Of a stretch of 64,000 nt of DNA, positions 51,501 through 59,608 are shown piece by piece; position 1 is the stretch's first letter, and the number at the start of each line of letters is the position of its first letter. The translations under genes were made by a program, and so were the position numbers. Location of the stretch: contig CAXXXF010000006.1 of NCBI GenBank assembly GCA_963667175.2, forward strand, positions 544,001 through 608,000. Reading direction: 5' to 3'. The stretch comes from Candidatus Latescibacterota bacterium (GTDB lineage Bacteria > Latescibacterota > UBA2968 > GCA-2709665). The notes under the pieces are model-generated. The model was given only the letters and a program-made list of their open reading frames with translations, searched no databases and had not been told where the DNA came from.

Positions 51501-52699
51501 GCCATGTCGCGGCTGAGCTCGTCCTCCGGTCGAACAGACGGCGAATCTTCGATCCGCATGAACCGAACGGCCTCCTTCGCTTTTTCGCGGCGGAAGAGTG
51601 CCAGGCTCATTTTAATCCCCGTGACTGGAAGGAAGGCCCCGTCCGGAAGCGACACCACGCCTTCCACACAGTAATCGGTGAGGAGTTCCTTGCGGACCTT
51701 CTCGTCGGGACCCGTCCGATAGAGAGCGCCATCAGGAAGCGCGACGACGGCGCGACCGCCCGGGCGAAGCGAAGCCATCGCGTGCTGGAGAAACAGCGTC
51801 TCGATGTGCGTTGATGGAACCGGGAAATGGGTTGCGCTCTGCGCCCGCGCGTGTCGGCCCCATGGCGGTACTGCCACGACGCAGTCGAATCCTTCCGAGG
51901 ACCGCTCTCCGGCCGGGGGCCGATCCAGGGCGTCGCCGAGTTCGAGACCGGGTTGATCCATGCCCGCCAGGACGACGCGCGCAAGCCCGATGACGTGCGC
52001 GTACGGACTGATTTCCACCCCGTACACGCTTTGTTGAAGCGACTCGGGCATCCGCGTTGCGTTTTCGAGAAGTCGGCCGGCCACCGTGGCGAGCAGCCCA
52101 CCGGCCCCGAAGCACGGATCGTAGACGCGCTCTCCCGGACGAGGATCCAGAAGTTCAGCCATCAGCTCAACCACGCGTTTGGGCGTGGTGTGGTCTCCCG
52201 GGATCTCGCCCGTTTCAGCGGCGTTTGCCACAAGGGCCCCAAGCGCGTTCCCTGCCGAATGCCTGCCGGTATCGGATTCCAAATCGAAAGGCCTGCCCCA
52301 CTCCAGAAGTGTCTCGATCACCTCAGGAGATTCCCGGACCAGGTTTTCCACGATGGGCGCAAGCAGCTTCAAGTACTTACCGGGACCTCGATCGGGCGCG
52401 TTACGCAACGCAGGCAGAACCCCCCCGCCAAGCGCGTCCACGAGTTCGCCGCCGCGAAGATCGCGCCAGGAAGACCAATGCAGACCGCGAGGTAGGGCAG
52501 ACGGACAGTCGTGACTCTTGAGAGCGTCCGCGGGTTCCTGTTCGGCATCCTTGCGCTCGGCCCAACGCAGCAGAAACAGGGCGGCCGCAAAGGACGCGAT
52601 GGCCGACTCGGGCTGACGGTCGCCAGCCTCCTGCCCGGCGATCTCATCGAGGCGGGTCCGGAGTTCGGACACGCGAGATGTGAGTTCAGATTGATTCAT
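48587..52699 (-). CDS. fusion: HsdM-like N6-MTase fold + HsdS-like TRD + Ig-like + STAND/AAA ATPase (1370 aa)
   Basis: HTTPKRVVELM, YDPCFGAGG, YGVEI, VPPW, LFLQH. TRD 'GDVLITTSGNVG..P...IQE'. ATPase 'FYGR..EGNRRTGKTS..LMLDEFD'. ATGA overlap at 52696-52699. Confidence 0.85.
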   Translation of the reverse strand: MNQSELTSRVSELRTRLDEIAGQEAGDRQPESAIASFAAALFLLRWAERKDAEQEPADALKSHDCPSALPRGLHWSSWRDLRGGELVDALGGGVLPALRNAPDRGPGKYLKLLAPIVENLVRESPEVIETLLEWGRPFDLESDTGRHSAGNALGALVANAAETGEIPGDHTTPKRVVELMAELLDPRPGERVYDPCFGAGGLLATVAGRLLENATRMPESLQQSVYGVEISPYAHVIGLARVVLAGMDQPGLELGDALDRPPAGERSSEGFDCVVAVPPWGRHARAQSATHFPVPSTHIETLFLQHAMASLRPGGRAVVALPDGALYRTGPDEKVRKELLTDYCVEGVVSLPDGAFLPVTGIKMSLALFRREKAKEAVRFMRIEDSPSVRPEDELSRDMAVEAARAITAEFRTGEPDDLQQKHPIEDLWETPIKELADRGGDLIAKRTDEKILSISLRVLGSDAGVPVHPLNEVADIFTGVSYDKSGTTSRRNDPSVFAGLVRAADVNRNGVQSPSLFLTKNCTRRVRSKHRLRAGDVLITTSGNVGTLAVVSQQSGIVDAVATRSLTVIRPGKSISPVYLKSVLASDAYQQWIRGHARGETIRHLPARTLQNLRVPAPQVSIQEQLLKQMGDEREDPFAALVRILVTNSKDPVGSWLNGSPELRRLWRPVRAEDRVKLLERIAHAASSLRKQVVRSCIVDVSQFNRWLKDLAEALKSLHGLNHVPPGSGRMALLDGAWNRLEKVHSVILGIGNAHLAGAHATREWGSSGSSADPSVRKNLLQTFAHAITFTRRISRLVRAELDAILDDVTLAPGIEPDAVVAGAENEVRVRLMNHSPLALRNVRASTFPSIGEGRVDYLAENGPFSFTARIPADVATGLYPFMLRWRAERMDGRPVSGELPLAVDVRSTSEAVQVPDIGASPYIVGSPIDRKEMFYGRQDIIDRIRRQFSTSDRANVILLEGNRRTGKTSILKHLQDPDALPGWIVVNCSLQGGQGHKSKRGLETNEVFRLLARDVGWAMDDAGLRVCLPEMDPPDTSKRFKVAFTKALSTAFAGPRPFEAFELYIQAVLEAASPRRLLLMLDEFDKLQEGIDSGITSPQVPENIRYMLHAYPDLSAILTGSRRLKRLREEYWSALFGFGHRIPVSKIRLEDARLLVTRPVEGRLTYVPDARDRVVDLCSQQPFLIQSLCNRIFERAVHTEERTVTVGAAESCAEDMTKDNEHFRTLWGYARTERRRFILALCRKLEDGPDPITLSLLELKLEESGVAIPREESLGDDLEFLRELELLELRESPRGSAYVLAVPLMANWIGHNVDFEYQRRQAVRERGESDIVDGYGRGEGDGGGFSDGDGYGAGLGRGFGSKKTEDEL

Positions 52700-54300
52700 C
52701 TGTCGACGCCCTCCCTTGCGGTCATTCGGACAACGATCGAGGCCGCGCCAGCTTCCTCGGCAACCCGGCGGGCGACCTGGATCTCTTCCGGAGATCGGAC
52801 CGCCACCACGAGCTTCCCGTCCGGTTCCTTGAATACGGGAGGCTCGTACGGGGCTGGCTTCGTCTTCTTGCCGGCCGCTGTCCGCGAGGCTGCCTTCGCC
52901 CTGGAATCTCTTGCACCGGTCCGCTCGGGCATCTCCGGCCCGCCGCCAGCAGTCCGCATGATTTCCTTCGCCTTCGGGTGCAGATCCGGTGCTCGAACGA
53001 GCCTTCGGCACTCAAGCTCGTGAGCGGGTTGCGGCAGTCCATTGATACGCGGGAGATCCGGGGCTGGCGCTTTCAGTACGTGCGCGGACGCGGCAGTTAC
53101 GGATCCAAGATCTACCGTGAGCCGGGGCTTGACCTCGAGGTCGATCAGATTTCCTCCGTGCCAGACGCGCACGTCTCCGGCCACCTCTCCCAACGCAGGC
53201 GCCGGAAGGAGTTCCCACGCCGCCTGACTCGACCATCGTTCGAGGCGGATCCGAAGCTCGTCCGCCCGCTCGCCTTCAAGCCGCAAGCCCAATTCGAAGC
53301 CGCCGTCGAGCCCATGCTTCTCCAGATTCGCCGACATGACCAGTCCCCTGCCCGAGTCGGACCACAACGCCTTGGCGTGCAGCCACTTGAAGCCGAGCAC
53401 CCGGGCGCCCGCCTCCGCGAGCGCGGCGAGGGCGGGCATGGCGCGGAGACGGGTGCGCGCCAGCACCGTGAGCGAAACGCCCTCGCGGGCACGCGCACAG
53501 AGACGCTCGACCACCGGATGGCCGGCGTCCCATCCGTAGCTCGAAACGATGAGTTCCCCGGAGGCGCCGTCGATGAGATCGACGGCCTCCTCACGCAGTT
53601 GAGTGACTGAAGACGTGGTTGCCAGGACATGCGGGGACGGCGCCGGATGATCGACGCGGCCGAGGGGCTTCACCGCCCGAAAATTTCCAAGTTCCACCAT
53701 TTCGTGCTCTGCGCCTTCCCATATTGCCCATCGAACGAGCTCTGCAGCTTCTTTCACTTCCTTCGGGGTCAGCTCGACGGCCAACTCCTCGTTCCGCTCC
53801 AGCGCTTCGCGAGTGAGGTTCGCCGTCAGCAATAGCCCCGCAGGGCGCTCGTCGGGGTCGACCAGTACCAGCTTGGCGTGGAAGTGCGGCGCCGAACGGA
53901 TGAGCGCCCAACCGCCAAGGCGACTCAGCACGTCGTTGTGTTCCGCGAGCACACGCCGTTCAAACTCCCCGTCCCCGGGTTCGTCACCAAGACGGGCTTC
54001 CGAGGCGAGCATGACGTACACCCGCACGCCCCTCCCGGCGGCTTCGAGGATCGCGGCTTCGACGTCCCGGTCGGCCAGCAGGAAGCTGGAGACGACGACT
54101 TTCTTTCTTGCGGAGGCCAGGAGTTTGGCGATTCGATCCTTCAGCTCCCCGCCCTTTCCCGATATATGGACTTCCCTGCCCGTTTCCGGCTGGCGGATTG
54201 TCTCCCTCTGGCGGGAACTCCACGTGGGTGGCAGTCGATAGTTGCGCTGGTTAATAATAGATGTGACCTGCTTTGTCCAGTTCTTCATGGTGATCTCCAT
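52696..54300 (-). CDS. phospholipase D-family nuclease with two HKD motifs
   Basis: HAKLVLVD..TANL..NEEL and HAKALWSD..SANL..FEL. TAATG overlap at 54300. Confidence 0.85.
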   Translation of the reverse strand: MEITMKNWTKQVTSIINQRNYRLPPTWSSRQRETIRQPETGREVHISGKGGELKDRIAKLLASARKKVVVSSFLLADRDVEAAILEAAGRGVRVYVMLASEARLGDEPGDGEFERRVLAEHNDVLSRLGGWALIRSAPHFHAKLVLVDPDERPAGLLLTANLTREALERNEELAVELTPKEVKEAAELVRWAIWEGAEHEMVELGNFRAVKPLGRVDHPAPSPHVLATTSSVTQLREEAVDLIDGASGELIVSSYGWDAGHPVVERLCARAREGVSLTVLARTRLRAMPALAALAEAGARVLGFKWLHAKALWSDSGRGLVMSANLEKHGLDGGFELGLRLEGERADELRIRLERWSSQAAWELLPAPALGEVAGDVRVWHGGNLIDLEVKPRLTVDLGSVTAASAHVLKAPAPDLPRINGLPQPAHELECRRLVRAPDLHPKAKEIMRTAGGGPEMPERTGARDSRAKAASRTAAGKKTKPAPYEPPVFKEPDGKLVVAVRSPEEIQVARRVAEEAGAASIVVRMTAREGVDR

Positions 54301-55412
54301 TACAGTCTCCAATCTTCGGCGGCGGCGAGACGCCAGAACAAAGGATCGGGACGTTCTGGCGTCCCGTTGCAGACCTCGTCGAAAAGTTCCGTTCGAGTTG
54401 GGAGTTCTATCTCGTACTGTTCGAAGGGGTCAGCCGCCTCACCGCGCCATGCTGAATAGCGCTCAGAGGTCGCATAGTCCCGGATCCGTGCGCGCAGGCG
54501 CCACTTCGCCCACGACTGTGCCTCGGCCTCAGACGGGGCGGTGATCGGTACGTCCGGAACGTTAAGCGGCTCGAACTTTCCGTAGAAGCCCAGGTACGGT
54601 GACTCGAATTCCAGGACGCGGGACATGGCCTCCCGCTCGGGGTCGTTGGTGTCGTCGAAGCTCACGCACAGCACCTGCCGTTTTTCGTCCCACTGCTCCA
54701 ATAGACCCCCGTTTTCGAGCAACGTGCGCCATACCCGGTCGGGCGACGTGGATGGCGCCTCCAGTTCGGTCGCGACCTTCTTCCCTTCCAGGATTCCGGT
54801 GAGCTGCAATCGCCCGTCGCCGAAGTTCCAGCGGAGACGAAGGAATCCATTGGCGTCAACTGCCTCGGCTTTGTCCTCAAGGTCATCAACGCGAATCACG
54901 GCGCCGCGTCCGGCGGCCGGCTTGATGGGCGTCCCCTCGACGTTTCGTATCCAAGTCGGTAGTGCGTCGTGTCGGCGCTCTTCCGTGCGCTGCCGCTTGT
55001 TGCGGAGCTCGTCGTGCGCGGTGGGCTCCTTCCACGGTTCGATTCGCAAGATGGGCGACGGCAGCAGAGGGTCGACACTCGCCCAGATCGTCCAGGTTCC
55101 GCACTCGGGAACGAGCACCTTTTCAGTGTCGATGGCCGTCTCCCCGGCTTCGGTGAGTTCGAAAGCGCGACCGCGCTTCTCGAGAAGCTTGTAGGCGACT
55201 CCAATATCCAGGAGCCGCTCAGCGACGACGCGCCGCGACCGGGACTCGAAGAGCAGATGCTCGGCCACGTCGCGCGCGCCCGTTCCGCCGTTCTCGCGAA
55301 TCCGCAGGAGGACGGGCATGAGTTCGGGCCGTTTCTCAGCTTTGGCGACCTGCCCGACGACGCGCCAGCACCTGACTTCCACGGGTCGTTCCAGAATGAT
55401 GTTCCTGTTCAT
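54300..55412 (-). CDS. hypothetical protein with N-terminal winged helix
   Basis: 'ARDVAEHL..VAERLL...LLEK...FELTEAGE'. ATGA overlap with the helicase stop. Confidence 0.75.
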   Translation of the reverse strand: MNRNIILERPVEVRCWRVVGQVAKAEKRPELMPVLLRIRENGGTGARDVAEHLLFESRSRRVVAERLLDIGVAYKLLEKRGRAFELTEAGETAIDTEKVLVPECGTWTIWASVDPLLPSPILRIEPWKEPTAHDELRNKRQRTEERRHDALPTWIRNVEGTPIKPAAGRGAVIRVDDLEDKAEAVDANGFLRLRWNFGDGRLQLTGILEGKKVATELEAPSTSPDRVWRTLLENGGLLEQWDEKRQVLCVSFDDTNDPEREAMSRVLEFESPYLGFYGKFEPLNVPDVPITAPSEAEAQSWAKWRLRARIRDYATSERYSAWRGEAADPFEQYEIELPTRTELFDEVCNGTPERPDPLFWRLAAAEDWRL

Positions 55413-58045
55413 TGTTGCCTCCGGTTGATGTCCTTCCCCCACCGTTTGCTCTCAGCCAATGCCTTCAGCAAGGTACCCCTTGCCCGACGCATCGCCTGCC
55501 GGTCGCCAATGACGACGCGCTGATAGCGCGCTCTGGTCAGGGCGACGTTCAGGCGGTTCGGGCTCTCCAGGAAGCTCGTCGGGTGGGGCCGGGCGAAACT
55601 GATCAGCACGACGTCGGCCTCGTGCCCCTGGAAGCGGTCAACGGTGCACAGCTCGATGCGGAGGTAGGGCCGTTCCTTCTGACCCCGTGTAAAGTGGCGC
55701 ATTGCGTGGCGCTGCCCGGTCCATTTATGGAGATAGCCCCGCACCTTCCGTTCCTGTCCCCGGTAGAAGGTCAGGACGGCCGCCTCCCAGGTACGGTCGT
55801 CATTCAGCGGGTTCGCACGCGCCCACGCATCGAAGTGGCGGAGTTCTTTTACAACCGATCGAGCCTCCCTTTGGTTGCAGTTGAGGCGCCGGTCGAAGGC
55901 GCCACGAACGTCGCGCCAGACGGCATGGTAGGCGTAGCGGGGGTAGCTCCACGCGCGTTCGTCCTTCATCGATTCCGGGGTTTGGAGCGCCTTGCCGCCG
56001 TAGACGTGTTTATGGGATAACGCCGCAATCTCGGGATGCATGCGGTGCTGCGTGCTCAGGAGCACGTGACGCGGATCGAGCACGAAATCCGGCAGACCGT
56101 CCGACAGCGCGCTTCCGGTGCGCTGGTTCCCGTTGCGCTCGAACCCACGATGAAGCGATTCGAGAACGGACGGAAGGGCGACGCGGCGTACGCGATCGAT
56201 CTCCAGCCAGACCTCTTCCGGATCTGCGCCGGTCTCAGCGTTGGGGAGTAACTCTTTCACTTCCTGACGCAGGCGTTCCGCGGTGGTGGTCCGGTTGTCA
56301 CTCGAATCGTCCGAATCCTCTGCGAAACGCTGCTCGTACAACCTCGCGAGGCGCCAACCGACTTCGGACGCCCACTCCGGCGCCTCTTCGCCGTCTTGTC
56401 CGGCAAGGCGAAGCCACGCATCCGCGCGACGATGCGCGACGTGCAGAGTGTTCTCCGGCCCGCGCACCATCGCGAGGTCAAGCGGCAGTTCGTCCACCCT
56501 CCGCTCCAGCGCGGTAGCTGTACCGATAGCGACGTCCGCGGTCGAGAGCCCGTGGTCATCGAGGTCCGCGTCGGCAAGCGTTACGTCCCGAGCGGCGCAC
56601 TGCTCGCGGTACCCCTGGCGGGTACGTTCGTCCTCTGCGACGACGGCGGCGGTGCGCCGTTTATGGCGGCTGGGACGCCCCGCGTTGAAGGCGTCAATGC
56701 AGGCGTCCCGGATCCCGGGGTCGCGAAGACACGTCTCAATGTTCACCGCCATCGCCTCGTCATCGACGTACGGGGAGAGTTGCTTCGGGTCGCCGACGAT
56801 GATCCAGCGCTTCGCCAGCAACGCGGGGACCAGGAATTCCTGGAATGGCGTCTTGGAGGCTTCGTCGACGATGAGCACGTCGAAGGTGGTGCTGGCGTGG
56901 CCGCCCGACTTGCCCCGGTGCTGTTTAATGTCCGGATGCTGGAGGATCCCGATTGTGGTCCCGCACACGAGGTTGGCGGCGTCCAGAACCATGCGCTCGA
57001 TAACCGAGGGGCCCGGGCGCAAGGCTTCAAGAAAGGCTTCCTGCGACGGCGTGAGAGACCTTCGCCCCTGAAGCTCCCGGAGCAGGCGCTCCCTCTCGGT
57101 TCGAACGAAACGGTCGAACTGCCATGGGCGCGCCTTCTCGGAGACGTTCCGCCGGTCGCCGATGCGGACCGGGATCACCAGGTCGCGGTGTGGGTTGGAC
57201 TCGTCCATCAGGCGCTCCAGCACGTTGTCGACCGCGACATGCGTCGACGCCGAGAGAAGCACCCGCTTCCCGCGCTTCGCAAGCTGGAGCACCAGTTCGC
57301 CGATCGCCGTCGTCTTTCCCGAACCGGGCGGCCCTTCGAGAAACGCGAAATCCGGCGTTCCGAGGGCCTGCTCAACGAATTCGCGTTGCTCGCCGGTTCC
57401 GGGACGACTCTGGTCCGTCAGCACCATCCAGTCCGGGTCATCAATGCACTCCGCATCGACAATCGGCCATAAAGCGCTGTCGCGATCTTCGAAGAGCCGC
57501 AGCAAAGGGCGGTGAAAGGACGAAGGGGTGTTCTGAAGCGCCTGTAGAGCATCGATCTGGCACTTGATTTGCCACGTGTTGGGCCGGAGCAGGAGCTCGG
57601 TCAGGTCCGGAACTCGCTCGAGCAACAGTTGGTTGGTATTGGGGTCCCGGTCGATTACCGCAATCTTGTGCTGCGGACCGAAGCCCAGTCGGTCGTTACG
57701 ACGGGCATCCGGCCCTTCGGTTTCGGCGGAGGGCTCGGCCTCGTAGACCTCCTTCACGTTTTCGTCCAGGAAGGTCCGAAATGTGGCCTCCGGCTCATCG
57801 CGACGGCCCGGCGGCTCGGTCAGCTCGATCCAAGTTCCATCGGTCTCTGCCCGCCCGGCGCCGTTGCCGCCGTTGGCCGGCGGTTCGCCGGGGCGCCACG
57901 CGAGCCGTTTCACGGCAGCGTCGCTGTTCAGGTATTCCCGAGTCCGCCTCAGGAATTCGTAGAATATCCGGAGCCCATAGAAGGTGTTCTTCATCAGGAC
58001 GTCCGGGCGGTGAACCCCGAGGTTCCAGTAGTGCAGTAGCGCCAT
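55409..58045 (-). CDS. SF1B UPF1/DNA2/NAM7-like helicase (AAA_11/AAA_12)
   Basis: GPPGSGKTT, STHVAVDN, VDEASK, GDPKQLSP, QHRMHP, TFYRGQ, TVDRFQGHE, NRLNVALTRAR. Confidence 0.92.
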   Translation of the reverse strand: MALLHYWNLGVHRPDVLMKNTFYGLRIFYEFLRRTREYLNSDAAVKRLAWRPGEPPANGGNGAGRAETDGTWIELTEPPGRRDEPEATFRTFLDENVKEVYEAEPSAETEGPDARRNDRLGFGPQHKIAVIDRDPNTNQLLLERVPDLTELLLRPNTWQIKCQIDALQALQNTPSSFHRPLLRLFEDRDSALWPIVDAECIDDPDWMVLTDQSRPGTGEQREFVEQALGTPDFAFLEGPPGSGKTTAIGELVLQLAKRGKRVLLSASTHVAVDNVLERLMDESNPHRDLVIPVRIGDRRNVSEKARPWQFDRFVRTERERLLRELQGRRSLTPSQEAFLEALRPGPSVIERMVLDAANLVCGTTIGILQHPDIKQHRGKSGGHASTTFDVLIVDEASKTPFQEFLVPALLAKRWIIVGDPKQLSPYVDDEAMAVNIETCLRDPGIRDACIDAFNAGRPSRHKRRTAAVVAEDERTRQGYREQCAARDVTLADADLDDHGLSTADVAIGTATALERRVDELPLDLAMVRGPENTLHVAHRRADAWLRLAGQDGEEAPEWASEVGWRLARLYEQRFAEDSDDSSDNRTTTAERLRQEVKELLPNAETGADPEEVWLEIDRVRRVALPSVLESLHRGFERNGNQRTGSALSDGLPDFVLDPRHVLLSTQHRMHPEIAALSHKHVYGGKALQTPESMKDERAWSYPRYAYHAVWRDVRGAFDRRLNCNQREARSVVKELRHFDAWARANPLNDDRTWEAAVLTFYRGQERKVRGYLHKWTGQRHAMRHFTRGQKERPYLRIELCTVDRFQGHEADVVLISFARPHPTSFLESPNRLNVALTRARYQRVVIGDRQAMRRARGTLLKALAESKRWGKDINRRQQ

Positions 58046-58092
58046 CTTCTTCTTACGTCCTTTCCTTTGCTATTGAGATTATGAGACGTCAA

Positions 58093-58419
58093 TCAGCCCA
58101 TCGGCCGCCGGTTACGCCGACGACCTTGCGGGCGCAGCCCTCGGAAGTCTCGATTCCGGTACGTGGTCAGGACGTCTCCTTCTGAACTGCATACGACGTG
58201 AATTCCCTCGAAGTCAGCCAATTCGATGCCTTTACGCAGGAACCTCGTGACTTCCTTGCGGCCGATGACGTAGATTTTCGCGCCGCGCACGTAGACCACA
58301 CGACCATATTTTATCACCGTCGAAAGGGCAGTTTCGGAAATCCTCCGGGCCATCATCCGCATACGGGCATGGGTCGTGATGACATGGCTCCGGCGCTTGT
58401 CTGCACAATCGTAGCTCAT
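58093..58419 (-). CDS. DUF4258-like small basic protein
   Basis: 'TTHARMRMMARRI...VIKYG...VVCS..G.VLTTYRN'. AAAGGAG RBS. Confidence 0.75.
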   Translation of the reverse strand: MSYDCADKRRSHVITTHARMRMMARRISETALSTVIKYGRVVYVRGAKIYVIGRKEVTRFLRKGIELADFEGIHVVCSSEGDVLTTYRNRDFRGLRPQGRRRNRRPMG

Positions 58420-58472
58420 CAGTTCGCTCCTTTCGTCGGCGGTCAATTCCGCTTGACTCCGGATCTGATCAG

Positions 58473-58487
58473 GCCACTTCCGTGCCA
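58473..58487 (-). promoter_or_regulatory. secondary sigma-54 promoter candidate
   Basis: TGGCAC-GGAAG-TGGC, GG-N10-GC spacing kept. Confidence 0.55.
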
Positions 58488-58583
58488 ACGTGACTCGATC
58501 CGTTCCCGGCAAGCTCAATCTTCATTCCTGCTGATTGCTCCATCCAAATTGCATATAACTTTATGGTGGCATTTGGGGGAAGC

Positions 58584-58598
58584 GCAAACCGCGTGCCA
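58584..58598 (-). promoter_or_regulatory. sigma-54 (-24/-12) promoter
   Basis: TGGCAC-GCGGT-TTGC, exact match to TGGCAC-N5-TTGC, pointing into the operon. Confidence 0.85.
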
Positions 58599-58823
58599 AT
58601 TTTCGCTGAACCCCGTCCTTCCCGGCCAGTCTTCATGTTCCCATGGCTCGATACCACGATCAAGCGATCATGGGGAAATTCTATAATACGTTGTCTTTAA
58701 TCAATTTAAGCAATAATCTCCCAGGTCCTCCTTTCAATGTCGAAGACCGGATCGGCGGGGCGGACACAAGGATCCGACCGGACGATCCACCTGATCGATG
58801 TCCTTGTCAAGGACCACAAGTAT

Positions 58824-58857
58824 ACAATATATTTTGTGTAATTATAAGAATTATTGT
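58824..58857. promoter_or_regulatory. tandem dyad operator / putative enhancer (UAS)
   Basis: ACAAtatattTTGT-gtaatt-ATAAgaattaTTGT, same architecture as 45672..45705. Confidence 0.75.
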
Positions 58858-59185
58858 GGTTCGCGGAGTAATGGAGGAATTCCGGGTCGGAAGGGATTTT
58901 GCACACATTGCTGCCCGGATTTTGGTCTCGCTCTATCTGACCGAAAGCCGCCAGTGTATTGAATGTGGCGAGGCTCTCCCCCGCTTTTTCGCGCTCGACA
59001 AATATGACATCCTCATGAAGAAAAGGTTTCGGTAAACGTCCGGCGCGCGCCGAAAATCTCCGATATCTCCATCCACAAGAGATTGAACAACCTTGCGGTC
59101 TGGTTCCGCCAATCTGACGCAACTGCAAACCGATTCCCGTACGCTGACCGTCGGTTGACAGGATGGAATGACTGCGGTTTCTGAG

Positions 59186-59231
59186 GAAGGAAGAAGGAAA
59201 AAGGGAAAACGAAAAAGGAGGAAGGAAGAAG
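59186..59231 (+). repeat. purine-rich heptamer array
   Basis: GAAGGAA/AAACGAA-type 7-mers. Similar array at 62671..62725. Confidence 0.7.
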
Positions 59232-59255
59232 TGGGGTTGGTAAACACACACTGCC

Positions 59256-59317
59256 GGGCGGTTCGGGAACCGCCCCTACAAGAAAAGGCCCCGCCAGGGC
59301 GACCACAAGGGTCGCCC
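59256..59317. repeat. pair of GTAG-type REP palindromes
   Basis: GGGCGGTTC-GG-GAACCGCCCCTAC and GGGCGACC-ACAAG-GGTCGCCC. Confidence 0.75.
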
Positions 59318-59329
59318 GTTCAGACAGAT

Positions 59330-59515
59330 CGGCGGCAACGTCGAAATCAACTCTTCACAATATGCGTCCGCCCCGCCACATTGCTGCAGCCATTCGCTGG
59401 CATTCACCCTCTCCCTGATAATCTCCGTCAATTTGGCAGTAGAAGGTGCGCCAAATTCGAAAGATGCGCCGGCGCCGACAATTACGATCGCGCGATTTCC
59501 AATCTTCTTTTTCAT
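59330..59515 (-). pseudogene. truncated SIR2-like protein N-terminus
   Basis: 'AIVIVGAGASFEFGAPSTAKLTEII', the SIR2_2 GAGxS motif, broken at the REP cluster. Confidence 0.65.
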
Positions 59516-59608
59516 AGCGCAAGGGAACACCAGTCTATTTATCTGTCCGAAGTGTATAAGATCAAGTTTCTGTTTATAAAATTCTCAGATTACATGCCAT
59601 TGGTACAT

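Noticed and set aside
52700-53011. N-terminal extension giving a 1474-aa MTase
   Set aside because: It overlaps the PLD gene. The ATGA-coupled start at 52699 is more plausible.
46989-58045. Calling the operon DISARM, BREX or type I RM
   Set aside because: The helicase is SF1 rather than DrmA/SNF2, and there is no DUF1998, PglZ, BrxC or HsdR. Only partial similarity to Mokosh.
58695-58715. IHF site between enhancer and sigma-54 promoter
   Set aside because: AATCAA is present but the TTR element is missing. Too weak to call.
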